Origin: a virus
Taxonomy: Duplodnaviria; Caudoviricetes
DNA: 53,356 nucleotides
Virus record (IMG/VR): IMGVR_UViG_3300044844_001309
Span: 1-53,356 of that record
Direction: 5' to 3' (one strand)
Every line of letters starts with the position of its first letter. The stretch's first letter is position 1. The position numbers and the translations under genes are program-made. This document shows, in pieces, positions 9,254 through 19,288 of the stretch. The notes beneath the pieces are model-generated. The model was not told the DNA's origin. It saw nothing but the letters and a program-made list of their open reading frames with translations, and did no database searches.

Positions 9254-11178
9254 TCTTCGCGGACGAGCGCGAGGGTCCACTGGATCGACGCGGTATCGAC
9301 TTCTTTGCTAACCACCTCCCAGAACACCGTCGCATCCGCGCCGTCGACGCCCGTCCGGGCGTAGGCCTCGAGGTCGAGCGTGATGACGTCCCCGATCTGC
9401 ACGCCGAGCTCACCCAGCCCCGTCCGCACCGGCATCGTCGGCGCACCGTAGGCGAAGCGGTCGATCCAGCCCGAGGCGATGGCCCGCCCGATCGTGATGT
9501 CAAAGACCACCGGGAGCGCCGTCAGCGTGTTGAAGCTGAGCGCCGTCGTGCCGAACTGCTCGCGCACGATCGTGTAGCGGTACTGGCGGGGGTGGCTGTA
9601 CTGCCCCAGCGACGTCTCGCGCGGGTCCGAAAACGCCTGCGTGGAGGGCACCGCCACGCCGGCCGTGGCCCGCACGATCTCGATGCGCGCCGGGTCCTCG
9701 GCGTCGTCGCAGATCAAGAAGACCGCCTCGCGCCCGCTGGCCAGCGTGTCGAGCGGGTCCTGCTCGGGGTGGATGAAGCCGGTCTGGTCGGCCATCGCGC
9801 CGTCCGCGCCGACGAGCGGGATGGTGATGGTGCTGGCGTCGATGACCGTGCACGCCACGGGCGTGGCCGCGTTCACCGTGATGCCCGAGGTCGTGATGTA
9901 GGCGCCGGTCTCGAGCCAGTGGCCCGCGCACCCGAGGGTGGCCACGTTGCTGGTGATCGACGCGCTCGTGATCGCGATGCCGCCGCCTGCCGAGCCCCGG
10001 AATCCATAGCGGTAACGTGCGCCGCAGAAACCGATCTCCGAGGCGCGCTCGATGTCGAGCGTCAGGTCGGTGTCGGCGATGGCACCGAAGGCGATCGGCG
10101 CGTGGGACACCGCCCTCAGCCAGTCGTTGTCCAACTCCTCGGCCAGCACCCGGCCGATGGCCGACCCGGCCACCGCAAGGTCGCTCTGCGACGTCGTGTC
10201 CTCGACGACGTGGACCTGGTCGTTGGCCTGCGCGTAGTCGGACGTGCGGAAGGTGCTCCCGCTGGTGCCCGCCCGGACCGCGGCCGTGAGGTTCACGCGG
10301 TTGACGATGTTGCCGACGTAGTCGACCTCTCCGATCTCGACCCACGTCCCACGGTCCCAGTGCGCCACCGCCGTCGCGGCCGCGTCGTAGGCCGCGAACT
10401 CCAGGCGGCCCGCGCTGTCGAGTCGGAGGGTGCCGCCGGCCAACTCGGCCAGCTCGAGCATCAGCTCCCAGGCGTTCCGGGGCGTCTCCAGGAGCGAGTC
10501 GCTGACCAGCTCGCGGCGCGGCGTCACGATGAGGCGCGACTCGCGGTCCTTGGCACGGGCGTAGGCGTCGAGCGCGCTGCTGATGGTCGACGTCAGGCGC
10601 GCGTCGTAGCGGCTGACGCTCCAGTGTGAGCGCGTCGTGTCGGCCTCGAAGTTGAAGCCCGCCGCGGCCCATAGGTCCGAGGCCACGTGCGTCGCCAGGA
10701 TCTGGCGCATCACCTCCAGCGGGTGCTGGCTGATGATGCCGAGCGTGATCTCCAGGTTCTGGAGGTAGCCGATGGCGTCGATCCCCTGGAATACGACCTC
10801 GCCGTCCGTCGTCGTCGTGTACGACGCGATGACCCCGCGCCACTCGTGGACGAAGTCCGTCACGAGGACGTCGGCCGTCCCGAAGCGCACGCGCATCACC
10901 TTCCCCACCACGTAGTTGCCGGTGATGAGTTGGCGCGCCACGCCGTCCGCCCGGAACGTCACGGCGCACTCGCCGGCCTCGACCTCGCGCGTCCGCGGGT
11001 CGATGCTCAGGGACGTCGGACTGACCTTCTCCACCGACGGGAGGTAGCCGAATAGCGGCCCCTCGCCGTCGACGAAGTGGTGCTCCACGCCGCTGCGCAG
11101 GGTCAGGCTCACGATGCGGCGCACCGGGGGCGCGGCGGAGCGCAGCGAGGCCAGGAGCGCGTCCGAGAGGGTCAGCAT
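9250..11178 (-). CDS. Large tail tip / hub protein
   Basis: About 640 aa, downstream of the tape measure and Dit-like genes; C-terminal LGVQIGDVITL motif. Confidence 0.65.
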   Translation of the reverse strand: MLTLSDALLASLRSAAPPVRRIVSLTLRSGVEHHFVDGEGPLFGYLPSVEKVSPTSLSIDPRTREVEAGECAVTFRADGVARQLITGNYVVGKVMRVRFGTADVLVTDFVHEWRGVIASYTTTTDGEVVFQGIDAIGYLQNLEITLGIISQHPLEVMRQILATHVASDLWAAAGFNFEADTTRSHWSVSRYDARLTSTISSALDAYARAKDRESRLIVTPRRELVSDSLLETPRNAWELMLELAELAGGTLRLDSAGRLEFAAYDAAATAVAHWDRGTWVEIGEVDYVGNIVNRVNLTAAVRAGTSGSTFRTSDYAQANDQVHVVEDTTSQSDLAVAGSAIGRVLAEELDNDWLRAVSHAPIAFGAIADTDLTLDIERASEIGFCGARYRYGFRGSAGGGIAITSASITSNVATLGCAGHWLETGAYITTSGITVNAATPVACTVIDASTITIPLVGADGAMADQTGFIHPEQDPLDTLASGREAVFLICDDAEDPARIEIVRATAGVAVPSTQAFSDPRETSLGQYSHPRQYRYTIVREQFGTTALSFNTLTALPVVFDITIGRAIASGWIDRFAYGAPTMPVRTGLGELGVQIGDVITLDLEAYARTGVDGADATVFWEVVSKEVDTASIQWTLALVRED

Positions 11179-12203
11179 CAGCTCTGCTCCTTGCTCACGT
11201 AGGGCGCGAGCTCGTCGAGCGCGACCTCCACCGTGTGCGTGCCGCCCTCGACGTTGGACACGCTGACGTCGCCGGTCACCCGCACGAAGTAGCAGATCCG
11301 CTCGTCGGTGTCCGGCTCGGGGATGTACAGCGCGGGTGCGTGACCCCACTGCGTCCCGGCGAAGAAGTCGCGGAACAGGTCCACGTAGTCGTCATCGTCC
11401 GGCATCCACAACAGCGATGTCTGGAGCCGACCCGTCCACCGCGGCACGCGCTGCCGGGCGCCGTCGTCGGCCACCGTCTCCTCGTAGCTCGAGGCCAGGC
11501 GCTGCTCGTCGGTGTCCACGTCCTGGCGGTGGTCGGGGCTGTAGCGTGTGCCTAGGTACACCTCGCCGATCTCCGGGATGCCGGTGGCGCCCTCGATCAC
11601 GAGGCGAAGGTACGTGACCGCGCTGTAGCGCGCCCCGTCGGTGTTGCCGACCTCGAACCCCGCGCCGAGCTGCGTCTCCACCAGCCGCCGCCCGAAGTCG
11701 CCGGACCACTCGGCCAGCGTTTGCAAGCGCGTCGTGAAGGCCTCGTCGTCCGCGATCTCGAGCCGCGCGACGAGCGTGGACGTGCCGTCGATGTCGGCGA
11801 AGTTGTGGCCGAGGATGGCCACGACGTCGAAGGCCACCGAGTCCAGGTGGCAGATCAGGTGCTGCGGGTCGTCGAACGCGCCCGCCGAGGGCACGTCGGC
11901 CAGGCCATCGTACAGGCGCGGCGTGCGCCAGGCGATGACCGTGTCCGTCAGCGTCTCATCCGTGCCGGTCGCCCACGAGCCACCGTTCCGCCACTGCGGC
12001 GCGCCCTCGGCGCCGAGCTCGGCCATGACGTTGTTCGCCACCAGCATCGGCAGATCCGCGGCCGCGTTGGCGACCTGCGCCGCGGTCAGCGCGGTGGAGA
12101 CCCAGACGGGCGGCGCGACGTCGACGTCTCCGCCGACAGCCACCACACCCACCGCCACAACGACGGCGGAAACCGCCGTGCCGATGTCCTGAATGACGGC
12201 CAT
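11178..12203 (-). CDS. Minor tail protein (Dit-like), paralog of 13175-14065
   Basis: Shares FD..A...N.A, ADxxAF.T.L.T and Y.RL....P..GE motifs with its paralog. Confidence 0.6.
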   Translation of the reverse strand: MAVIQDIGTAVSAVVVAVGVVAVGGDVDVAPPVWVSTALTAAQVANAAADLPMLVANNVMAELGAEGAPQWRNGGSWATGTDETLTDTVIAWRTPRLYDGLADVPSAGAFDDPQHLICHLDSVAFDVVAILGHNFADIDGTSTLVARLEIADDEAFTTRLQTLAEWSGDFGRRLVETQLGAGFEVGNTDGARYSAVTYLRLVIEGATGIPEIGEVYLGTRYSPDHRQDVDTDEQRLASSYEETVADDGARQRVPRWTGRLQTSLLWMPDDDDYVDLFRDFFAGTQWGHAPALYIPEPDTDERICYFVRVTGDVSVSNVEGGTHTVEVALDELAPYVSKEQS

Positions 12204-12211
12204 GGGTCACC

Positions 12212-13171
12212 TCACGCGAAAGGCAGGCTAGCGGTGGGCGCATAAAGCGCGATGTCGCCGACCACGACGCGCCGCTGCGTCTGCGCGGTCTCGGAGTCGT
12301 CGAGCGTACCGAACGCGAGATCCAGCGGCACCGCGTAGGTGTCAATCCACTGGCCGAGTTGGCGGCCCGTAGACACGCCGTTGGCGCCCAGCTCGATGAT
12401 CCCCATGACCGTCTCGCCGCTGTAGTCGAGGCCACTTAGCCAGCTGCTCATGCCCCACGCGAGACCCGAAAACGCCGACGTCGTCACCGCGGAGGCGCCG
12501 CCGCTGGACAGTGACGACGAGTAGCTCGCGTTAGTCAGGAAGCTCGATGTGATCGCACCCGCCGCAGAGGTGATCTGCGTGATCCACCATCGGTTGTCTC
12601 CACGCCCGCCACCATTGCCGACCGCGTTGCTGCAAATCACAATGAACGACGTGAAGAAGCTCGTGCCGAGCGTCTTGACCGCGAACATGATGTCGCCGCG
12701 CGAACTGCGCCACGTCGCGTAACGCGCATCCACCGCCGTCGTGTGGCCAAGGATGTTGGCCGAGGTAGAGACGGCCGTGGCCGTGCTGCTCGCAGTGGGA
12801 AGCGCCGACACGGACCCGCCGGAGTACGTGCCGGTGATGCCTCGGATCGCGAACCCCTGCGGGGTCGTGTCGGCGGAGGCGTTGTCCATGTAGAGGATGA
12901 CCGACGCTACACCCGAGGCCCAGCCCACGGGGCTCGTGAGCACGATCCACGCGCCGGATCCGCTGGTGTTGATTTCCAGGGCTGCGGCGCTGGTCCAGTA
13001 GTCGGCCGCGCCGGCGGTCGTGCCGTCACTAGACAGCGAGACCGACCAGCCTGCGGCGACCATCAGGACCTTGAGCGCGAAGGCCGCCTCTCGGTATTGC
13101 ACCTGCTGATCGCTGGTGCTGCTGAAGGTCTGATTGATCGCGATCGTCCACGTGCGGTTCGGATTCGGCAT
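12212..13171 (-). CDS. Minor tail protein
   Basis: Ser/Thr/Gly-rich; position in the tail-tip cluster. Confidence 0.55.
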   Translation of the reverse strand: MPNPNRTWTIAINQTFSSTSDQQVQYREAAFALKVLMVAAGWSVSLSSDGTTAGAADYWTSAAALEINTSGSGAWIVLTSPVGWASGVASVILYMDNASADTTPQGFAIRGITGTYSGGSVSALPTASSTATAVSTSANILGHTTAVDARYATWRSSRGDIMFAVKTLGTSFFTSFIVICSNAVGNGGGRGDNRWWITQITSAAGAITSSFLTNASYSSSLSSGGASAVTTSAFSGLAWGMSSWLSGLDYSGETVMGIIELGANGVSTGRQLGQWIDTYAVPLDLAFGTLDDSETAQTQRRVVVGDIALYAPTASLPFA

Positions 13172-13174
13172 AGG

Positions 13175-14065
13175 TCACTCCGCCGCCTGGAAGGGCGGGG
13201 TCTCGGTCCACGTCTGCTCCAGGACCTGCTCGTAGGGTCCGCTCGCGCGGGGCAGGTCCAACTCGGTGGCCTCGGTGGTCATGATGTGGACGCGGTGGGG
13301 GCTGGCGACGCTGGCGCGATACAGGAAGGGCCGGACGCCGTAGTCGGTCTCGGCCCACCACGCGCGCACCGACGCGCTGTCCAGCAGCGTGGGCGCGGTG
13401 TCGAGGACGCGAATGGACGCCGGCCAGCGATGCGCCCCCAGGGCGCGCGCGCGGCTGATGACCGACGGGCCCTCGGCCGACGTGAGCCCCAGCCTGGAGC
13501 TCAGGCCGTAGACGTCGCGGCCGGTCCGGATGCCGCCCCGCAGCTGACGTGAGTGCCCGATCCACGCCTCGCCCAGCCGAGGCACGAAGGCCGACGCGGC
13601 GGTGAGGTGGAGGCGCGCGTAGCCGAAGCCTGTCCAACGCTCGTCCATGCGGTCAAGCCAGCGGTCTTGCGTGGGCGTCGCGCTGTAGACCGTCTCCAGG
13701 TTGGTGCTAAAAGCCGCGTTGTCGGCCACCTGCACCTCGCACACGATGCCGCCCGCGATGGCGAGGGATGCGAGGTTGGTGTTGATGAGCGCGAGATGAT
13801 CGAACGTGCCGCTCACGGCGCCCAGGACGAGCCACCACTCTGTGGCGGCGGTCGTGCCGGGGTAGCTCTGGCGCGAGCCCCTGCGGTCGACGGCGTAGTA
13901 GCCCTCCGCGCCGGTGGCGGCCTCGTCGGTGTCGGTCGCGGCTCCGGTGTCGCTGGTCCAGATCGGGAGCGTGCCGTCGCCGAGGTGCGAGCCGATGAGC
14001 AGGGGGCGGCCCGCGGTCCGCGCCGCCGTCTCCGCCGCCAAGAACGCCGCCGACGTCCAGGTCAC
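13175..14065 (-). CDS. Distal tail (Dit-like) protein
   Basis: Immediately follows the tape measure gene. Confidence 0.6.
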   Translation of the reverse strand: MTWTSAAFLAAETAARTAGRPLLIGSHLGDGTLPIWTSDTGAATDTDEAATGAEGYYAVDRRGSRQSYPGTTAATEWWLVLGAVSGTFDHLALINTNLASLAIAGGIVCEVQVADNAAFSTNLETVYSATPTQDRWLDRMDERWTGFGYARLHLTAASAFVPRLGEAWIGHSRQLRGGIRTGRDVYGLSSRLGLTSAEGPSVISRARALGAHRWPASIRVLDTAPTLLDSASVRAWWAETDYGVRPFLYRASVASPHRVHIMTTEATELDLPRASGPYEQVLEQTWTETPPFQAAE

Positions 14066-15876
14066 GTGCGGAGCCGACCCTTCCGTGACAGGCGCTCAAG
14101 CGCGGGGACGAGTTGGCGGTGGATGGCCCGGTCCAGGTCCGCGGCCGAGGGCGCCACCATCGACTGCACCACCACGGTCCCGCTCACGGACGAGCCGCCC
14201 CCTCCCCCGCCAGCAGCGCGCGCCTGGCCGGAGTCGTCGGGTGCCCGGCCGCTGCGGACGTTCTCCCGCACCTGCGCGGCGGGGATGACGTACTCGCCGG
14301 GCATGAGCATCGCGGGGACGCTGTCCTGGCCGGACATGCCGCCGACGATCAGACCACCGCTGGCCAGCGCCAGCGCCTGAAACGCCATGGTCTCGGCGAA
14401 AGCCTTGGCGGCGGCTGCTGGCGCGAGGATGGGGCCGAAGATGGGGATGGCCGCCGTCGACGCGTACGCCGCGGCTGCGGCCTCGGCCGCGTAGCCCGCG
14501 ATCCCCGCCTTGCGCAGCGCGGAGCCGAGCACCGCGTTGATGAGCGCCGTGATGCCGGTCTGCACCGCGATGCTGATGAGCGTGTCGATGATGGCCCGGC
14601 CGACGTTGCCGAAGAAGCCGAGGATGATCTCCGACGCCGTCTGCGTCTGCTCGATCGCGGCCGAGATCATCCCGGTAAACGCCGAGCCGATGCCGTTGGC
14701 GATGCCGGTGACAACGTCGCGCAGCCCCTGCGTCTTGGTGGTGGCCTCCGACAGCGCGGCCTGTGCGCCCGCGAGCGACCCCGTCATCCGCAGCGCGGCA
14801 TCGGCGGCGCCGCCGTACTCCTCGCGGAGCGCGGCCAGGCCGGTGCGGAGTTGGTCGGTGGCCTCGGCATTCTGCGCGACGCGCTCGTACTCGGTGGCGA
14901 CCGTGCGCAGCTTGGACGCCAGCTGGTCGGCGCCGAGCGCGATGTTGGCCTGGGCGAGCGCGAGCGTACGCGTGCGCCACTCCGCGATGAGCGTGTTGAT
15001 CCCGGCGATCTTGGGATTCCACTCCTCGATCTCTTTGCCGGTGAGACGGATGGCCGACCGCAGGTTGCCCGCGATCTTGGCGCCCGCGTCGCCGAGGCCC
15101 GACTGGACCGCGAACGCGACGTCCGCGATCTTCTTCTCCAGCGCCGACAACTCCGCACCCTGCGCGGCGAGCGCGGCGCTGCTCTTGTCGGCCGCCTGCG
15201 CGCCGGCTTCACCCAGCAGGCCCGTCAGCCGGGACAGCGCCTGGAGCTTCTGTGCCTCCTCAGGGCTGGCGATGGCCGCGACCGACTTCTGGAGGCGGCT
15301 CGCCCACGTCGCGCCGGCGCTGGCCATGCCGAGGAACGACGTCTTGGCCGCCTCGATGGCCATCCCCCAGCCGTACCAAGCACGCGTGACCAGCAGGACC
15401 GCGACCGCGATGCCCGACGTGAGCCCCTGCGCGACCTGTACGATCCAGCCGGTGAGGTTGGTGGCGATGATGTCCCGGTTCGCGTTGACCCAGGTCGTCA
15501 TGCTCTGGAGCACGGGCGCGAGCGCCTGAGCTAAGGTGCGGATGACGGGCAAGAGCGCGTTGCCGATCGAGACCTGGAGCCCCTCGGCCGCCTTGGCCAG
15601 CGCCTCCATGTCCCGGCGCGTGGGGTCGTTGGCCGCCCGCAGCGCGAGCGCCCGGCCCACCGTCGCCTCGTAGCCCGCCGACACCAGCGCGAGCGCCTTC
15701 TTCACGAGCTCGAGCCCCTGGTTCAGACTCACCGCCGCGCCGCCCGCGATACTGAAGGCGCGCTTGATGCCCGCGGCGAGCTGGCCCACGCGATCGCCGG
15801 TGGCCTTGACCACGGCCGAGGCCGTGTCACGGGCGCGGATGACGAGGGAGACCGTCTTCTCTGTCGTCGCCATCAT
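14062..15876 (-). CDS. Tape measure protein
   Basis: Ala-rich helical 604 aa; N-terminal VSLVIRARDTAS; C-terminal ASGGLI.G..GQDSVPAMLMPGEYVI. Confidence 0.9.
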   Translation of the reverse strand: MMATTEKTVSLVIRARDTASAVVKATGDRVGQLAAGIKRAFSIAGGAAVSLNQGLELVKKALALVSAGYEATVGRALALRAANDPTRRDMEALAKAAEGLQVSIGNALLPVIRTLAQALAPVLQSMTTWVNANRDIIATNLTGWIVQVAQGLTSGIAVAVLLVTRAWYGWGMAIEAAKTSFLGMASAGATWASRLQKSVAAIASPEEAQKLQALSRLTGLLGEAGAQAADKSSAALAAQGAELSALEKKIADVAFAVQSGLGDAGAKIAGNLRSAIRLTGKEIEEWNPKIAGINTLIAEWRTRTLALAQANIALGADQLASKLRTVATEYERVAQNAEATDQLRTGLAALREEYGGAADAALRMTGSLAGAQAALSEATTKTQGLRDVVTGIANGIGSAFTGMISAAIEQTQTASEIILGFFGNVGRAIIDTLISIAVQTGITALINAVLGSALRKAGIAGYAAEAAAAAYASTAAIPIFGPILAPAAAAKAFAETMAFQALALASGGLIVGGMSGQDSVPAMLMPGEYVIPAAQVRENVRSGRAPDDSGQARAAGGGGGGSSVSGTVVVQSMVAPSAADLDRAIHRQLVPALERLSRKGRLRT

Positions 15877-16295
15877 CGACCTCCGCGGCCCTTGGGGGCC
15901 TTCTTCTTACCGTCAGGGGGTGGCTCGACCTTGGACCACTCGTCCGCCATCTCTCGGGCCGTCGCCTCGCAGATCGAGATCTCCGCCACGACCGGCGCCG
16001 GCTGGTCCGCCCCCGCGCCCGGGTACGGCCAGAGCTGAAGCGTCCGCCACAGCGACCACCGGCTCACCGCCACCTCGTCCTCGGCCTGCACCTGCGACCA
16101 CGGGCACCGCTTCAGCTTTGGGTGCTCCGCCAGGTAGAAGCCGCCGTTGCTCTCCTCGTCGCAGTTCCGGACGCTGCGCCGCAGCGCCTCGTCCGTCTCC
16201 GCCTGCGGCGACGTGTCCTGGCGACCGCAGCGGCTGCACCCCCATGTCAGCGCCGGCGACGGCGTGCGCGCTTGGAGCACGCGCATCGCCGTCAC
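15873..16295 (-). CDS. Tail assembly chaperone, frameshift extension (gpT-like)
   Basis: Lies in the -1 frame of the upstream chaperone after a slippery site; WPYPGAGADQP motif. Confidence 0.7.
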   Translation of the reverse strand: MTAMRVLQARTPSPALTWGCSRCGRQDTSPQAETDEALRRSVRNCDEESNGGFYLAEHPKLKRCPWSQVQAEDEVAVSRWSLWRTLQLWPYPGAGADQPAPVVAEISICEATAREMADEWSKVEPPPDGKKKAPKGRGGR

Positions 16296-16693
16296 GAGTT
16301 TGGGCGGCGGCCCTCCTCAAGCGCGCTCATGTCGACGATCGCGCCGTAGAGCTCCTCCAGCAGGCCGGCCAGCGCGGGGTCCGCGCTCTTGAGCACGGCG
16401 GCCACGAGCGCCTTGCCGTCCTCGATGGCCACACCGTCCTCCATGGCGACGCCGTGCACGACGGAGACGCGTGCCGCAACGACGCTGTGCAAGTGCTTCC
16501 GCGCAGCGGCCATGGCCTGGTTCGCCTTGGTGATGGCGAGGTCACGCGAGCGAGCGGCCTCGTACTCGGCGTGGGTCATCGGCAGCAGCTCGACCCAGAA
16601 CGGGTCGGCGGCCAGGCGGTTGCCCCGGAACTCGGGCACGTAGGCCGCGCTGGTGGCCGGCGAAGCTGCGGCGGTGGCGATCTTGAGTCCCAT
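16292..16693 (-). CDS. Tail assembly chaperone (gpG-like)
   Basis: Between the major tail and tape measure genes; GAGGAGG RBS. Confidence 0.75.
   Translation of the reverse strand: MGLKIATAAASPATSAAYVPEFRGNRLAADPFWVELLPMTHAEYEAARSRDLAITKANQAMAAARKHLHSVVAARVSVVHGVAMEDGVAIEDGKALVAAVLKSADPALAGLLEELYGAIVDMSALEEGRRPNS
16298..16304 (-). other. Programmed -1 ribosomal frameshift site C CCA AAC
   Basis: In-frame X XXY YYZ heptamer just before the chaperone stop; the -1 frame stays open to 15873. Confidence 0.75.
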
Positions 16694-16704
16694 GTCTGCC
16701 CTCC

Positions 16705-17889
16705 TCAGGTGAACGTGATCGTGATGGCGTTGGCGCTGGTCGTGTTCTGCTCCAGGCACGTGAACGGGACCTGGACGGTCGCCTCCTCGTCCTCGGGGAA
16801 GTCCACGGCGCTGAACTCGAGCTCGCAGCGGTCCATATCGATCGTGCAGATCGAGCCCGCGACCGAGCCGAGCACCAGCTGGCAGTCGATGGCGGTAAAG
16901 TTGCTGTTCTTCCGGATGCCCAGCGCGGCGAGCTGGTCCGCACGCACGCGCATCGTGAAGCTGCCCGTCACGCTACGGCGGCCCCGGATGATGTCGGGCA
17001 CGTGGACGGCGAAGGCGAAGTCGTCGAGCGGCTTTACGCCGTTGTCGATCGTGACCTCGCCGCTCACCACCTGGAGTGCGCCGCCGTCGAAGGTGAACGC
17101 GCCCAGGATGCCCGCGATCGGGTTGCCCGCCAGCGTGGGCGTCGGCATGTACGGCACCACCGCAGCGTCGTCGGCCGCGGACTGCGTCGTCTCCAACGTG
17201 AAGCTCGGGCGCGCGGTGTCGACCGTGACCCGGTAGCCCGTGCCGGTGTTGGTGTTCGCGCCGACCTGGATGATCGAGTCCTGCTCGACCAGCAGCGCCG
17301 TGCGGTCGTTGTCGAGGACCATTGTCGCCGACGTGACCATCGCGCCGTTGAGCTGCGACCGGCCGGTGTGCACCATGCGCGAGGCGCCGCCGCTGAACGC
17401 CACCCGCGGCTCGTCGGCGCCGGAGAAGCTGAACTTCGTGGTGTTGACCCACGCGCCGATCAGCGTCTCCATGTACACGGGGAAGGTGCCTGCGCCGCCC
17501 GGGTAGGCTGCGCGCGTCAGCGTGTTGACCTGCATCGCCTGGGTGTTGCTCAGGCCGTAGACCACCGACGTGCCCGCGTTGACCGTCTCCGAGCCGAGGC
17601 CGCTCTGGAAGAACTCCTGCATGTCGGGCGCCGTGCCGGCCGTGCCGCTCGGGATGAGGTAGCCCTCGACCTCGTAGCTGATGGTCCGCTTGCCTGACGT
17701 GCGCGAGACGAGGCCCGCGGTGTCGCGGTTGTCGTTGCGGTCCATCCGCGCCTGCGCGTAGTCGATCGAGACCTTGAGCGCGTTGAAGCCGCCCGCGGCC
17801 GTCGCACGGACCATGGTGTCCATGGCCGACTGCGCCTCGATCGCGAAGCGCTGTGATCGCCCGAGGGCGTGCTCCTGTGTGATACCCAT
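16705..17889 (-). CDS. Major tail (tube) protein
   Basis: Beta-rich 394 aa upstream of the chaperones; GEVTIDN...RRSVTGSFT tube-like motifs. Confidence 0.75.
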   Translation of the reverse strand: MGITQEHALGRSQRFAIEAQSAMDTMVRATAAGGFNALKVSIDYAQARMDRNDNRDTAGLVSRTSGKRTISYEVEGYLIPSGTAGTAPDMQEFFQSGLGSETVNAGTSVVYGLSNTQAMQVNTLTRAAYPGGAGTFPVYMETLIGAWVNTTKFSFSGADEPRVAFSGGASRMVHTGRSQLNGAMVTSATMVLDNDRTALLVEQDSIIQVGANTNTGTGYRVTVDTARPSFTLETTQSAADDAAVVPYMPTPTLAGNPIAGILGAFTFDGGALQVVSGEVTIDNGVKPLDDFAFAVHVPDIIRGRRSVTGSFTMRVRADQLAALGIRKNSNFTAIDCQLVLGSVAGSICTIDMDRCELEFSAVDFPEDEEATVQVPFTCLEQNTTSANAITITFT

Positions 17890-17895
17890 AGCGGA

Positions 17896-18165
17896 TCAGC
17901 CTCCATCGCCGGCCGGCGGGGCGGGCGGGTCCAAGGTGAGGGTGCGCAGCCCATCGCGGACGCGCTTGGCCAGGACGTAGCCGCGGGCCTCGCCGGCCTC
18001 GACCACCGCGGCCGCAGCGACGTAGACCGTCGAGCCGACGACGGCCGTGACGATGCCGGAGCCCTGCTCGACGGACGCGCCCGCGGCGGGGCTCTCGCCC
18101 TCGTCGGCGGCGGCGGTGATGATGGGCGGCTGTCCGGCCTCCGTGCGCATGCGTGTGATCTGCAT
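17896..18165 (-). CDS. Hypothetical protein
   Basis: GAGGAG RBS; within the neck/tail operon. Confidence 0.5.
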   Translation of the reverse strand: MQITRMRTEAGQPPIITAAADEGESPAAGASVEQGSGIVTAVVGSTVYVAAAAVVEAGEARGYVLAKRVRDGLRTLTLDPPAPPAGDGG

Positions 18166-18176
18166 CGGTCGTCTCC

Positions 18177-18692
18177 TCAGGATGTCGGGGGCGTCAGGGT
18201 GAAGGGCTCGTAGTAGACGACGTCCACCAGCATGCGCAGCGTCCCCTGGGCGCCGCGCGAGTCGCGCTCCGCGGGCGCCCCGGTCGTGTCCATGTACTCG
18301 CGGGCGCGCACCATCGTCGCGACACCGCCTTGGCCATGGAGCGCGGCCGAGCCGTACAGCGCAGCCTTGAAGTCGTCGCGGAGGCGCGCGTTGTTCGTGC
18401 GTCGCTCGAGCGCGGCGGCCGCGTCGGACGTCGCCGTCACGGCCGTGTAGCCGGTGAGCAGCCACGTCGCGACGCACCGGCGGTGGCCGACGCTGTCCAC
18501 GGCCTCCTCGCCCTGGAAGACAAGGTCGACCGCGGGCAGCGCCGTGCGGGGGATGGCGGTGATCTCGCGCTGGACGCGGCTGATCGACGTGGTCGCCACC
18601 GTGTAGTTGTAGGAGCCCACGCCCGCAGCGATGGAGCCCACGGCCGTGACGAGCGCCGACTCGATGTCGATCAGGTTCGGGGACGAGCTCAT
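18177..18692 (-). CDS. Tail terminator / completion protein
   Basis: Position and size; LPAVDL motif. Confidence 0.55.
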   Translation of the reverse strand: MSSSPNLIDIESALVTAVGSIAAGVGSYNYTVATTSISRVQREITAIPRTALPAVDLVFQGEEAVDSVGHRRCVATWLLTGYTAVTATSDAAAALERRTNNARLRDDFKAALYGSAALHGQGGVATMVRAREYMDTTGAPAERDSRGAQGTLRMLVDVVYYEPFTLTPPTS

Positions 18693-19288
18693 GCGTCGCC
18701 CTCCAGCGCCTCGTCGACGCCCTCGCGGACGATGGCCTGGACCTCGTCGCCGATGCGGCGCGCGGTCTCGGCGATGTACCCCTGCGGCTTGAGCGTGACC
18801 TTGGGGACGAGCACGAAGATCGGCTTCACGCTCAGCGTCTCGCCCTTCTTGTTCTTCTTCACCTGCGCCAACAGCGGCGGCTTGCCGGGCCGCGGAATGA
18901 AGTGGAGCGCCTGCGGCCCCTCCTTCGGGAAGTGGCGCGGCCACTTGCCTGGCGCGACCTTGGCGAAGCTGAGCGGGACGGCCAGCGTCTTGCGCGTGCG
19001 CGGGAGGATCGTGCCGCCCTCCTCCTGGATGCGCGCGTAGACGAGGTCGGAGTAGCTCTCGGCGCCGACGACGTCTGCACCCTCGGCCACCAGGCGCTCG
19101 CGGAAACTGCGGGCCAGGCCGCCGCGGGCGCTGATGTTGCGGCTGTAGAGCGTGCGTCGGATCTCGCCGGTGGCGAACTGCGCCGCGCGGAGCACCGCCT
19201 TGACCAGCGCGGGGCGCAGGCGCTGGCTCGCGCGGGCCATGAACGAGCGCGCCTCGCCCACGTCGACCTCGACCGCGAGGCTCACCAC
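18689..19288 (-). CDS. Neck / virion morphogenesis protein (HK97 gp10-like)
   Basis: GGLARSF and YARIQEEGGTILPR motifs; basic composition. Confidence 0.7.
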   Translation of the reverse strand: MVSLAVEVDVGEARSFMARASQRLRPALVKAVLRAAQFATGEIRRTLYSRNISARGGLARSFRERLVAEGADVVGAESYSDLVYARIQEEGGTILPRTRKTLAVPLSFAKVAPGKWPRHFPKEGPQALHFIPRPGKPPLLAQVKKNKKGETLSVKPIFVLVPKVTLKPQGYIAETARRIGDEVQAIVREGVDEALEGDA

